From: an uncultured Gammaproteobacteria bacterium
GTDB taxonomy: Bacteria > Patescibacteriota > Microgenomatia > UBA12405
NCBI GenBank assembly: GCA_964538765.1
Contig: CAZIHS010000002.1
Span: 1,327-65,326, forward strand
Length of the DNA stretch: 64,000 bases
Direction: 5' to 3'
Below the pieces are notes generated by a model. It worked only from the letters and a program-made list of their open reading frames with translations, had not been told where the DNA came from and searched no databases. Below, one piece after another: positions 19,371 through 29,528 of the stretch; the first letter of the stretch is position 1; every line of letters starts with the position of its first letter. The position numbers were made by a program, and so were the translations under genes.

Positions 19371-20867
19371 CTATTCCGTGTACCCAAGAAGAGGATCGAG
19401 AAAATTTGCAGAATCATTGCAATATCCGTCTGGCACCACTCCTTCAAATTTTGGATAAATCAGCCCGAATCTTCCAAAACCAACCTCGGTTTCAGAGCTG
19501 ATTGTTGGGGGGATGGCTATATTATAAATCGGCACAAATTTACTGGGTTTAACCAAATTTATACCGTTGTACCAAAAAAGGTATCTAAACCCAACTCCGA
19601 CCCCCGGCCCGGCAATATAATTTACCGCCACGCATGGATAATTGTTCATATCAATATTAGTTTTTATAGTCTCAACCAATTTCCTTCTATAAAAATAAGA
19701 TTCACTGGAGTCAGATTTGGTCACCAGCCATAAACCGTTGAAGGTCAAATATAATATGGACATTAATATTAGCAAACGGTTTCCAAATTTGCTTATAGTT
19801 CCAACTAAAAAATACATAATAACCACCAGCGTATTGCTAAAATAGTATTCCGAAACTATCCTCTTTGAAAAAAATTGAGCCACCATAATCATTACCAGCC
19901 ACAGCCCAAACCACCAAGCGTAGCCTCGTTTACTGTAAGTAAATAAACCTACGATTACCATTAAAACTATTGCCATCCCAAAGATAAAATGGTCAATTTG
20001 ATCAAAGCCAAACAATAACCGGTGTTGCCACTCGTCTCCCGAAGCATCCAAAATTTTCTGAAGTTTTTGAAGACCTCCGGGGCCGCCCTGGTCAACCTGA
20101 CTGGCTGAAATAATTTGTCTGCTTTGGCTAAAACCGTGTTTTATTTCAAACAGCCAAAACGGACTGCTAACCGCCAAAAATAATATTATCGATAAGATGA
20201 AATATCTACAAATTATCTTGGTTATAAATTCCTTTAAAAAATTTTTAACCTCCAAGTAAAAGCTATTTTGCCCAACTCGAAACCTGGAGTATTCACCAAA
20301 AATGTATGCCAAAATCGGAATCGGAAGAATCGGCAACAAGGCAATGTGTATGTGCCAGGTGAAACCAATTAAAACACCATAGCCCAAAAGCCATCTGATA
20401 TCGCCTGCCGACAACCGGTATATAACGTATAATAACCAAACAGACCACAGGATGGTAGGCATGGTTGGTACCAGCCATCTGTCAAAGTAAACCGCTCCAA
20501 ACGAAAACGAATAAATAAAAGCCGCAATCAAACCCGCCCTAAACCCGGAAATCTTTGAAAACACATAGTAAATGCTGATAATCGTTAACCCGCCAAAAAT
20601 CAAACTTACCCCCATCATCGAGAGGGGATTCATCTTCCCAAGAAAATAAAATATCGATGTCAGATAGTACCAAAATGGGCCGATAAACACCCCCTCTACG
20701 CTTGTAATTTGTCCTGCCAGCCTTAGGTGGTGATTAACAAGAATATCCTTGGCAATCCATGAATATAAATCCTGATCGTGAGCGAAAGATAAACCTTTCT
20801 CAAAATTATATAACCTGAAAAGCAATCCCAAAAAAAGCAATGTCACCACAGCGAATCTAGCTTTCAC
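19371..20867 (-). CDS. Polytopic membrane glycosyltransferase, GT-C superfamily (subfamily A paralog, opposite strand)
   Basis: 'FAHDQDLYSWIAKDIL...AGQITSVEGVFIGPFWYYL' is the same subfamily as 16461 and 17849. Confidence 0.6.
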   Translation of the reverse strand: MKARFAVVTLLFLGLLFRLYNFEKGLSFAHDQDLYSWIAKDILVNHHLRLAGQITSVEGVFIGPFWYYLTSIFYFLGKMNPLSMMGVSLIFGGLTIISIYYVFSKISGFRAGLIAAFIYSFSFGAVYFDRWLVPTMPTILWSVWLLYVIYRLSAGDIRWLLGYGVLIGFTWHIHIALLPILPIPILAYIFGEYSRFRVGQNSFYLEVKNFLKEFITKIICRYFILSIILFLAVSSPFWLFEIKHGFSQSRQIISASQVDQGGPGGLQKLQKILDASGDEWQHRLLFGFDQIDHFIFGMAIVLMVIVGLFTYSKRGYAWWFGLWLVMIMVAQFFSKRIVSEYYFSNTLVVIMYFLVGTISKFGNRLLILMSILYLTFNGLWLVTKSDSSESYFYRRKLVETIKTNIDMNNYPCVAVNYIAGPGVGVGFRYLFWYNGINLVKPSKFVPIYNIAIPPTISSETEVGFGRFGLIYPKFEGVVPDGYCNDSANFLDPLLGYTE

Positions 20868-20899
20868 AATTGGATCATAACACGTATAATCACTTATAA

Positions 20900-21685
20900 A
20901 TGAAACCCAAAATTTCGGTAATTATTCCCTGCTATAACGAAGAAAACAACATAAAGCAGGGAATCCTTGGTCAGGTATACCAGTTTTTATCAACCCAAAC
21001 ATTTGATTGGGAAGTCTTGATATGCAATGACGATTCAACCGATAACAGCCCAAAATTAATAAAGGAGCAAATTTCACATTTTCCCGGTTTTCGCCTGATT
21101 AATCTTCCCCACGGAGGTAAACCTTCCGCTCTTTTTGGTGGAATTCAACAGGCCAAGTATCCCTGGGTTCTCCTGACCGATATGGATCAGTCAACTCCTA
21201 TCAAAGAAATCCATAAGTTATTGCCATATCTCGACTCTCATGACATAGTTATCGGTTCCAGAGGTAATCTTCGCCAGGGCCACAGTATAATCCGAAAAAT
21301 AGGTTCTTATGTATTTACCAATATCCGAATGTTGATAATGCTTCACCATATTGTTGACACACAGTGTGGTTTTAAGGCTGTCAAAACCACGGTTGCCAAA
21401 AAAATCTTTCCTCTTTTGGCTGCGGTCAAAACAGCCAGTCAAACAGTTGGTTGGAGGGTTTCATCATATGATGTCGAGATGTTATACATCGCCGACAAAT
21501 GGAAGCTCAAAATTAAAGAGGTTTTGGTCAATTGGAAAAATGAGGATTTATCAACCACAAAAGGGGATTTCATTACCCGTTATCGGAAGGAATCCGTACA
21601 AATGGCCAAAGAGGTTGTTCGCGTCAAATTTAGCGACCTTAGGGGATTATACCCTGACAAATTTGCATCCGATGACTCTTCCTAA
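20900..21685 (+). CDS. GT2 polyprenyl-phosphate sugar synthase-like glycosyltransferase
   Basis: 'ISVIIPCYNEENNI', 'CNDDSTDNS' and 'LLTDMDQS' are motifs of DPM1-like GT2 enzymes. Confidence 0.75.
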   Translation: MKPKISVIIPCYNEENNIKQGILGQVYQFLSTQTFDWEVLICNDDSTDNSPKLIKEQISHFPGFRLINLPHGGKPSALFGGIQQAKYPWVLLTDMDQSTPIKEIHKLLPYLDSHDIVIGSRGNLRQGHSIIRKIGSYVFTNIRMLIMLHHIVDTQCGFKAVKTTVAKKIFPLLAAVKTASQTVGWRVSSYDVEMLYIADKWKLKIKEVLVNWKNEDLSTTKGDFITRYRKESVQMAKEVVRVKFSDLRGLYPDKFASDDSS

Positions 21686-23222
21686 TATCAAAGCCACTCT
21701 TCCTCTCGTCGCTTTCTTGTTTGTGGACATATTATATTTGGCTACCCGCGTATTATCTCTCGATGTTTTTCCCATATTTGGCGACGAGGCCATTTATGTC
21801 CGCTGGTCCCAGATAATAAAATCTGTCGAGACATTGCGCTTTATCCCTCTCACCGATGGAAAACAACCGCTATTTATGTGGGTCACCGTGCTTTTCTTCA
21901 AGCTAACGCCCGACCCCCTTGTCGCCGGCCGGCTGGTATCAGTAATTGCCGGTTTAGGAAACATATTCTGCCTTTGTTTAATTGTAAACTTAATTAACCC
22001 TAAAAATCTAAAAAATATTCCAAATAATCCACTAAAACTTGTTGTCATGTGCCAAAGCCGCTTCAGTCCTGCTGCTCTAATTGTCTCAGCTTTTTATCTT
22101 CTATCACCCTACACTCTCTTTTTTGACCGCCTGGCGTTAGCCGATAACCTTCTTACCTTTTGGGGGCTTCTTTCGTTTGTTCTGGCCGTTCTTCTTTCAC
22201 TATATCCACGATTTGATTTGTCAATTCTTCTCGGCGTAGTCCTAGGTCTTGCCTATCTTACCAAGTCACCGGCCCTATTTTTTGTGATTCTCTCATTTAT
22301 TACCTATATTTTTTTAAACCGGCCCACCTTAAAAAATTACATATATCCCTTAATTTCCGTTTCAATCGCCTACTCAATATACAACCTCCTGCGGCTCGGG
22401 CCCCAATTTCACCAAATTGCGATTCGTAACCGTGACTATATTTGGCCTTTTTCAAGTATTGTTAAACACCCTCTAGATCCATTATTTCCCCATCTGACCG
22501 ATGCAGTTTCGCTCTACCGTTCATATCTTGGTCTCCCTGTTTTGGTCACATTTATTGTTTTTCTTATATTAACTATTCGCCGGTCTCTTGCTTCAAGGCT
22601 ATATGTTCCACTGATACTTTGGTGGGGTTTCCCATTATTTGTTAATCTTGCCTTTAGCCGTGTTTTCACCGCCCGTTACATTTTATACGCCACACCCTAC
22701 TTATTCATTCTTCTGGCTTTGATGACCCAACGCCTCGCCCTTAATCTTAAGTCAAACATTATCTACCTCGTCCCGGTTATTTCGCTTATTTACACCTTTC
22801 CATTATTTTTCCAGATCCTCACCAAACCACTTTTGGCTATTTCCCGTTTACCCGGAAACGAAAGTGGCTATCTTACCGATTGGACCTCGGGCTGGGGAGT
22901 TAAACCAGTCGCCCAGTATTTAATTAACCGTGCTAAAACATATAATGTTATTGTCGGAACCGAGGGTTATTTCGGCACTCTACCCGATGGCCTTCAAGTA
23001 TATACCAATAACGTTCCAAAACTGACGGTTTTTGGTGTTGGCCTGGAAATTGAAACTGTTCCAGATAAGCTGGTTGACGCCCGAAATCATGAAGACGACG
23101 TATACCTCCTCATAAACCGCTCACGTCACCACCTCAAGCCCAGTGCCATTTCTCTCCTCGATCTTGTCTACTCGTATCCCAAGCCAAACAATGACAGCTT
23201 AGACCTTTATCGGCTACGATGA
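21672..23222 (+). CDS. ArnT/PMT-like GT-C membrane glycosyltransferase
   Basis: 'LSLDVFPIFGDEAIYVRWSQ' is the ArnT/PMT DE-loop motif. The start was set to the ATG at 21672; the ORF-track start at 21351 is an out-of-frame overlap with the previous gene. Confidence 0.65.
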   Translation: MTLPNIKATLPLVAFLFVDILYLATRVLSLDVFPIFGDEAIYVRWSQIIKSVETLRFIPLTDGKQPLFMWVTVLFFKLTPDPLVAGRLVSVIAGLGNIFCLCLIVNLINPKNLKNIPNNPLKLVVMCQSRFSPAALIVSAFYLLSPYTLFFDRLALADNLLTFWGLLSFVLAVLLSLYPRFDLSILLGVVLGLAYLTKSPALFFVILSFITYIFLNRPTLKNYIYPLISVSIAYSIYNLLRLGPQFHQIAIRNRDYIWPFSSIVKHPLDPLFPHLTDAVSLYRSYLGLPVLVTFIVFLILTIRRSLASRLYVPLILWWGFPLFVNLAFSRVFTARYILYATPYLFILLALMTQRLALNLKSNIIYLVPVISLIYTFPLFFQILTKPLLAISRLPGNESGYLTDWTSGWGVKPVAQYLINRAKTYNVIVGTEGYFGTLPDGLQVYTNNVPKLTVFGVGLEIETVPDKLVDARNHEDDVYLLINRSRHHLKPSAISLLDLVYSYPKPNNDSLDLYRLR

Positions 23223-24976
23223 AAATAGCTCAAGCAATAACCCGAAGTTTAATAAAACACCGGGTTTTGATGATATATTTAATCCTTTTTCTTGTCACCC
23301 TTCCCGCCTTTTTCTTTCTATTAAAACCTGGGGAGTATTGGAATATGCACGATGATATGCAGTTAATCCGTCAACTGGAAATGGAAAAGTGTTTTCAGGA
23401 CGGTCAGTTTCCGTGTCGCTGGTCTCCTGACCTTGGGTATGGATACGGCTATCCTCTATTCAATTTTTACCCACCCCTTCCATACTATGTCGGGCAGGTT
23501 TTTAGGCTATCCGGCCAAAGCTTTGTCACCACCGTCAAATTAACCGCCATTGCTCAAATTATTCTATCGTCGCTGGTGATGTTTGTCTTAATTACGGCGA
23601 TTTTTGGCTCCACCGCCGGCCTAATCGCTTCAGTTTTCTACACCTACGCTCCCTACCATTTAGTAAACATCTACGTCCGGGGGGCCATGAACGAAGCCTG
23701 GGCAGGAGTATTTTTTCCATTAATATTCCTTTTTATCCACCGTCTTGTAACCTCGCCAAAACTGTCCAACTCACTTTTGCTCGCCCTCTCTTTTTCACTC
23801 CTTTTACAATCCCACAATCCTATGGCTCTGATTTTTCTACCGCCAGCTTTTGCCTGGTTTCTTCTCTGTCTTTTTCTCTCCCATTCCCGCCCAAAAAACG
23901 ATTTACGAAATACGGTATTTCATTTCCTTTTTGCCCTGGTTTTTTCCCTGTCGCTTTCAGCCTATTTTACTTTGCCGGTGATCATTGAAAGTTCTTTGGT
24001 TCAAATTGAGTCAATGTTTCAAAACTATTATCATTTCACAGTTCATTTTGTCAGTATTTACCAGCTATTTTTTAGCAGTTTTTGGGGTGACGGACCTTCG
24101 GTTTGGGGACCAAACGATGGCATGTCTTTTTCTCTGGGATATCTTCACTGGATATTACCAATAATAATATTATTATTATCAGTTTATGTTTTACTTAAAA
24201 AAAAGCGATACCAAAAACAGTTTGTAATTTTTACGTTTTTCCTTGTCATGGGCGCCGTCAGTACGTTTCTTACCCACCAGCGTTCTGTTTTTATTTGGCA
24301 ACTGATTACTCCTCTTCAAAAAATACAATTTCCATGGCGCTTTTTGTCTCTTTCTGCATTTTTTCTTTCACTTTCCACCGGCTATCTCTCTGTTCTTCTT
24401 AAACAAAATTCACTACTAAACAAATATAGGTTATTCATTGTTGCCCTGATCCTTGTCATTCTTATTTTCATTAGCCTTCCCCACCTTACCCCGGTTACAC
24501 ATGGTCCGATCACCGACCGTCAAAAATTTTCTGGAATAGCCTGGACAAACCAAATCACCAGCGGTATCTATGACTATCTTCCAAAAACTGCCTCTAAAGC
24601 CGCCTCTTCACCGCCCTCTGGCCTTGTTGAAAATATTGATCCTGGCCAACAAAATTATTTAGTCGAAAATATAACCCGAGGTACCGATTGGATAAGTTTT
24701 AATATCTATTTACCCCAAAGCGGTCGAGTTACCCTGGCTCAGCTTTATTTCCCAGGTTTTAAGGCATATGTCAACGGCAAGCCGGAAAAAATTCAAAGCG
24801 AACCTTTGCTTGGTCGGATGGTTTTGGACCTGCCGGGAGGCTCAAATCAGGTGTTTATTCGTCTATTCAACACTCCAATTCGTACTATATCAAATCTAAT
24901 TTCACTGATATCATGGACAGCTCTTATCATTTATTTTTTATTTCGTTTATGGATGCGGCTTTATCACAGGAACTAA
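23219..24976 (+). CDS. YfhO-like GT-C-type polytopic membrane protein
   Basis: 585 aa, many TM helices. Conserved 'NMHDDMQLIRQLEMEKCFQDGQFPCRWSPDLGYGYGYPLFNFY' segment. It is a paralog of 43177. Confidence 0.5.
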   Translation: MKIAQAITRSLIKHRVLMIYLILFLVTLPAFFFLLKPGEYWNMHDDMQLIRQLEMEKCFQDGQFPCRWSPDLGYGYGYPLFNFYPPLPYYVGQVFRLSGQSFVTTVKLTAIAQIILSSLVMFVLITAIFGSTAGLIASVFYTYAPYHLVNIYVRGAMNEAWAGVFFPLIFLFIHRLVTSPKLSNSLLLALSFSLLLQSHNPMALIFLPPAFAWFLLCLFLSHSRPKNDLRNTVFHFLFALVFSLSLSAYFTLPVIIESSLVQIESMFQNYYHFTVHFVSIYQLFFSSFWGDGPSVWGPNDGMSFSLGYLHWILPIIILLLSVYVLLKKKRYQKQFVIFTFFLVMGAVSTFLTHQRSVFIWQLITPLQKIQFPWRFLSLSAFFLSLSTGYLSVLLKQNSLLNKYRLFIVALILVILIFISLPHLTPVTHGPITDRQKFSGIAWTNQITSGIYDYLPKTASKAASSPPSGLVENIDPGQQNYLVENITRGTDWISFNIYLPQSGRVTLAQLYFPGFKAYVNGKPEKIQSEPLLGRMVLDLPGGSNQVFIRLFNTPIRTISNLISLISWTALIIYFLFRLWMRLYHRN

Positions 24977-26406
24977 AAGACACAACCACCAAAAACATTT
25001 TTTTACTCACTTTTCGTAATTTTGGTATTCAAGCCATTTCTACGATCGGATTTTTTATTCTTACCATTATTCTTGGGCCGGCCGAAGTCGGACTTTTCGC
25101 CGTAGTTGCCGAGGCTGTCGGAATACTGGGCTATTTCTCTGATTTAGGTTTAGCCTCGGCTCTGATTCAACAAAAGGAAGAGGTTAAGAAAGAAGAGCTG
25201 CAGACAACTTTTATTATTCAGCAGATATTGGTGGCGGTTGGGATTATTCTTGCATTCTTTCTCTATCGGCGCTATTCAACCTCTAAAGGTTATGGTTATA
25301 AAGAGGAGTGGATATTTTACTCGCTTTGTTTCGCGTTTTTTGCCGCTTCTCTCAAAACAATTCCTTCTGTACTTCTTGAAAGAAAACTAAACTTTAAAGT
25401 AATTTCCTCAGTTGACATTGCTGAAAACGTTGTTTTCTACCTGGTCGCTGTCATTTTTGCCCTCCTTGGTTTCGGCGCTATTTCTTACGCCTTCGCCTCT
25501 TTTTTAAGAAGTTTTCTCGGTTTAATAATGATTTATCGGCTTCAGCCGTGGCCTTTTGGAATATCCTTTGACCCAAAAAGCGCCAAAAAACTTTTTCGTT
25601 TTGGAATTCCTTTCCAGCTTAACTCATTTATCGCTGTTGCCAAAGACCGGCTTTCCAACCTTCTTGTTGCCGCTATTTTGGGTCGCGAGTCTTTTGGGCT
25701 ATTATCATGGGCTCAAAAGGGTCCCCGGGTGCCTCTTAGTTTTATGGACGCGGTTATGAGAGTAACCTTCCCCACCTTTTCACGCATTCAAAATCAAACC
25801 GACCTTCTCAAAAGATCCCTTCAAAAAAGTCTATTTTATATATCGTTTTTTATATTTCCTTCACTGGTAATGGTTTGCTTCATTGCTCCCGATATAATCC
25901 AGATAATTCCAAAATACAATAAATGGTTTGCCGCTATTGTTCCAGTCTATTTCTATTCTATGAGTTATGCTATCGCCGCCGTCACCACCCCCATCACTAA
26001 TGCTTTTAACGCTGTCGGCAAAATTACCCTCACCACCAGGTTTATGATTATGTGGACAATTTTAACCTGGCTTTTATACCCTTGGTTAAGTTACAGGTTT
26101 TCATATATTGGCACCTCCATGGCCGTCTTAATCGTTGGCTGCAGTTCGTTTTTCGTTTGGCTCTCGGCCTATAAAGAGTTCAATGTCAACGTTTTAAAAT
26201 CGATCCTTCACCCAACAATAGGTTCGTTTATTATGTTATTGTCACTAATTTTAATCAGTTTTAGTGTAGATAATAACTATTTGGCCCTGGTTCTAAAACT
26301 AATTACTGGAACTTCGGCTTATTTGTTGTACCAGTTAACTTTTTCCCGGCGACAAATCACTTGGTTTATAAACCAAATACCATGGCTAAATTTTATAAAA
26401 CGTTAA
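24949..26406 (+). CDS. Wzx-like oligosaccharide flippase (MOP/polysaccharide-biosynthesis family)
   Basis: About 12-14 TM helices. The N-terminus 'KNIFLLTFRNFGIQAISTIGFFILTIILGPAEVGLF' is typical of Wzx proteins. Confidence 0.65.
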   Translation: MDAALSQELKDTTTKNIFLLTFRNFGIQAISTIGFFILTIILGPAEVGLFAVVAEAVGILGYFSDLGLASALIQQKEEVKKEELQTTFIIQQILVAVGIILAFFLYRRYSTSKGYGYKEEWIFYSLCFAFFAASLKTIPSVLLERKLNFKVISSVDIAENVVFYLVAVIFALLGFGAISYAFASFLRSFLGLIMIYRLQPWPFGISFDPKSAKKLFRFGIPFQLNSFIAVAKDRLSNLLVAAILGRESFGLLSWAQKGPRVPLSFMDAVMRVTFPTFSRIQNQTDLLKRSLQKSLFYISFFIFPSLVMVCFIAPDIIQIIPKYNKWFAAIVPVYFYSMSYAIAAVTTPITNAFNAVGKITLTTRFMIMWTILTWLLYPWLSYRFSYIGTSMAVLIVGCSSFFVWLSAYKEFNVNVLKSILHPTIGSFIMLLSLILISFSVDNNYLALVLKLITGTSAYLLYQLTFSRRQITWFINQIPWLNFIKR

Positions 26407-28058
26407 CCATATTATTACTGGCTGTTTTTGTTATATTCCAGGCATTGCCGCTTATTAGAAGTGGCCTAAGCTACGATTTTGGTATTGGCTACTGGGGCCC
26501 AAATGGTCACGACGCCATCTGGCATCTTGCCCTAATAAAACAGATCAATAACCCTTTTAATATCAGCCACCCTGCCATCTCGGGGCAAAAACTGACCAAC
26601 TATCATCCGGCTTTTGATGTTCTGGTAGCCTTCGTTTCCAAAACAACCGGCCTTTCTGTTGAATTTCTCTATTTCCAAATTTTCCCACTAATTTCTTCAA
26701 CCCTGTTAGTTATTCTTTCCTATAAACTTGGACTAATTTTATATCAAAAACAATTTTGGGCCGTTTTTCTAGCATTTTTAGTTTCATTTTCAGGCTCATT
26801 CGGCTGGATAATAACCTTTATCAGAAACGGTCAATTTGGTGGCGAGTCAATATTTTGGTCGATGCAATCGGCCTCTAATCAACTAAACCCGCCATTCTCT
26901 TGGTCTCTTATTCTTATTCTGGTCGGTTTGATAATCATAAGTACGCTAAGAACGGCAAATAGCCGGTACTCTTATTTGTATCTTGGCCTGATTACTCTTG
27001 TTATTCCACTTGTCAAAACATATGCCGGATTGCTCTGGTATCCCTTATTATTGTTGTTCTCTATATCGCTCCACCAATCTAAAATATTTAAAGTTCTGCT
27101 GGTTTATGGGCTGATAGGTATTTATACTTTCATCCTGTTTAATCCTTCCCCAAAAAAACTTCTCTCTTTTTCCCCCTTTTGGTTTTCTCATTCAATGATT
27201 GAGTCACCCGACCGGCTTTATTGGCCCAAAATAGCTTCATTACGATACAACCTGGCTCTTAAGCCCAATTTTGACAAACGTCTTGTTCTCATCGAGTTGG
27301 CTCTGGTAGTTGTTTTTTTTATCGGCAATTTTGGTTTCAGGACACTCGGACTTTTATCAATTAAAAGACTGATAAACGACACCTTCTATCTGCCGATACT
27401 TATCGTTTCATTTTTAGCCTTTCTTATTCCGCTTATTTTTATTCAAAAAGGAACCGCCTGGAACACCATTCAGTTCCTGTATTACTCAGTGTTTCTGTTT
27501 AACCTATTTTTAACAAAACACCTTTCGTCAATAAAATCAAAAAATATGGCGTTATTCCTTGCCTTCCTAATTTCTATCCTGTCCATACTTGGAAACCTAA
27601 CCAATTATCAAAATTATTTCGGCTATCCACCTCCTTCAGCTGTTTTGAAAGAGGAAATTTCCGGCCTTAAATTTTTGAAAAATCAACCCGCGGGAGTTGT
27701 TCTGTCGTATCCCTACGATCCCTATCTTAAAAAGTCATTTACCCGCACCCCCATTCCTCTTTATGCCTACGAAACCACTGCCTATCTTTCAGCATTTACA
27801 GGAAAGATTTCATATCTTGCCGACGAAATGAATCTTGATATTTCAGGCTATGACTGGCAGTCTAGACGTCAACAGTCATTAATATTTTTTAATCAACAAA
27901 ACCCTATCGAAAATCGCGGCTTTCTCGTAAATAATCAAATAGACTATATTTATCTTGCTGGAAATCAGGTTGAATTTAACCCGACAAACCTTAAATATTT
28001 GTCCCTGGCCAAAATTTATGATAACGGCTATTCCATAATTTATAAAGTAAACCGCTAA
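26361..28058 (+). CDS. Polytopic membrane protein of unknown family (possible GT-C or polymerase)
   Basis: 565 aa and more than 12 TM helices. The conserved-looking loop 'GYWGPNGHDAIWHLAL' could not be assigned to a family. The start is either 26361 or the ATG at 26382. Confidence 0.4.
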   Translation: MVYKPNTMAKFYKTLTILLLAVFVIFQALPLIRSGLSYDFGIGYWGPNGHDAIWHLALIKQINNPFNISHPAISGQKLTNYHPAFDVLVAFVSKTTGLSVEFLYFQIFPLISSTLLVILSYKLGLILYQKQFWAVFLAFLVSFSGSFGWIITFIRNGQFGGESIFWSMQSASNQLNPPFSWSLILILVGLIIISTLRTANSRYSYLYLGLITLVIPLVKTYAGLLWYPLLLLFSISLHQSKIFKVLLVYGLIGIYTFILFNPSPKKLLSFSPFWFSHSMIESPDRLYWPKIASLRYNLALKPNFDKRLVLIELALVVVFFIGNFGFRTLGLLSIKRLINDTFYLPILIVSFLAFLIPLIFIQKGTAWNTIQFLYYSVFLFNLFLTKHLSSIKSKNMALFLAFLISILSILGNLTNYQNYFGYPPPSAVLKEEISGLKFLKNQPAGVVLSYPYDPYLKKSFTRTPIPLYAYETTAYLSAFTGKISYLADEMNLDISGYDWQSRRQQSLIFFNQQNPIENRGFLVNNQIDYIYLAGNQVEFNPTNLKYLSLAKIYDNGYSIIYKVNR

Positions 28059-28088
28059 CCGCCCAAATTCAGTACCATATAACCAAAT

Positions 28089-29528
28089 ATGGCTATTTTT
28101 TCAAGCCAAACAGCTAGATACATTTCTATCATTGTATTTTCTCTTCTGACAATTACATTTTTTTCTTACCGGCTTCTTAATGTTCCTATGGGATTAACTG
28201 TCGACGAAACCGCCTTTGGATACAACGCTGCTCTTCTAGCTCACTCGGGTTTCGACGAAAATGGTCGCTTTATGCCTCTTTTTGTGTTGTCAGTTAATGG
28301 CCAGGATTGGCGCCAGCCAATTACCCAATATTATCTGGCCCTTCTGTTTAAAATCTTTGGCCCTTCAGTCTATCTTCTTCGTTTTAGCTCAGTCCTAATA
28401 ACCCTTCTATCGTCAATTTTTCTTTATTACTTTGCCAAAAAAATCAGCGGGCTATTATTTGCCTTGATTACGGCAATTGTTTATATTACCACCCCTCTTA
28501 TTATGATCCAAAGCCACTTGGGTCTGGACAACATCATGCCGATTCCCTTCACCATGTTTTGGCTTTTTGGTCTTTATCAATATGGTCAGACCAAGAAAAT
28601 TAAATATGTTATTTTTTCGGCCGTATCTTTAGGCGTCTCCTTCTATTCATATAAGGGCATGAGGGCAGTTGTGCCTGTTTGGTCTGCCCTCTCTGTGCTC
28701 TACCTGCTGACATCAAGAATTAATCCACTCAAATCAATTATTCTATTTGCTTTATCAATTTCTCCATTTCTTCTGGCCGTTCCTTATCTTCATCATCTGT
28801 ATCCTGGCGCCATCCTTGGTGGGGCCAGGCCAAAATTTGCATCGGTATACGACTTTTTCCTTCCTTACTTATCAAGTTTTGACCCGACTTTTCTATATAT
28901 TAAAGGCGACGACACTCCCTACCACTCAACCGGCCGTCACGGCATGATGCTTCTTTCTACACTACCCATATTTGTCATTGGAATAATTTCCTCTATAAAT
29001 TCAAAGAAGCCATTTCAAAGGTTTATCCTTCTGTCATTTTTTTCTGCACCGCTTTTGTATGGTCTTGTTGATTCGGTCCACCGGGCCAGCCGTTTAATGT
29101 GTCTCATTCCAGCCTACTCTCTTATTTGCGCTTTTGGAATAACTTACATCCTCAAAAATAAATCAAAATTCAACCTTCCTGTAATAATTATACTTTCTGT
29201 CATCGCAGTTTGTAATTATGGCGACTTTCTTAACTATTATTGGAATGACTATGCTAAATATACCCAAAATTTTCTAGGCGACCTTAGGCCCTATTTATCA
29301 TATAAACAGCTAAGAATTAAATCAGAGACCCTAGGGTTGAATCCCTACATCGACAGCAACATAAACAACCATTTTTTTGAGTCGATATATTTCCCAAACG
29401 GGTTAAATAAAATTCAGGGAGACCAAGTTCCTCCGTCAGGGTCCATACTGATGACAAATCGGGATAACATTCCGGGCATGCAAAAAACAGTTGACAAGCT
29501 CCTCCATTATTATTTCCAAACCAATTAA
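28089..29528 (+). CDS. PMT_2/ArnT-like GT-C glycosyltransferase
   Basis: 'LNVPMGLTVDETAFGYNAALLAHSG' is the (D/N)E + GYNA loop motif shared with the 36860-49735 paralogs. Multi-TM. Confidence 0.65.
   Translation: MAIFSSQTARYISIIVFSLLTITFFSYRLLNVPMGLTVDETAFGYNAALLAHSGFDENGRFMPLFVLSVNGQDWRQPITQYYLALLFKIFGPSVYLLRFSSVLITLLSSIFLYYFAKKISGLLFALITAIVYITTPLIMIQSHLGLDNIMPIPFTMFWLFGLYQYGQTKKIKYVIFSAVSLGVSFYSYKGMRAVVPVWSALSVLYLLTSRINPLKSIILFALSISPFLLAVPYLHHLYPGAILGGARPKFASVYDFFLPYLSSFDPTFLYIKGDDTPYHSTGRHGMMLLSTLPIFVIGIISSINSKKPFQRFILLSFFSAPLLYGLVDSVHRASRLMCLIPAYSLICAFGITYILKNKSKFNLPVIIILSVIAVCNYGDFLNYYWNDYAKYTQNFLGDLRPYLSYKQLRIKSETLGLNPYIDSNINNHFFESIYFPNGLNKIQGDQVPPSGSILMTNRDNIPGMQKTVDKLLHYYFQTN

Noticed and set aside
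21351-21671. Long N-terminal extension of the ORF 21351..23222 overlapping the GT2 gene 20900..21685
   Set aside because: It is an out-of-frame overlap of more than 300 nt with a well-supported GT2 gene. A clean ATG at 21672 sits just before the TM/DE-loop region, so the extension is an ORF-caller artefact.
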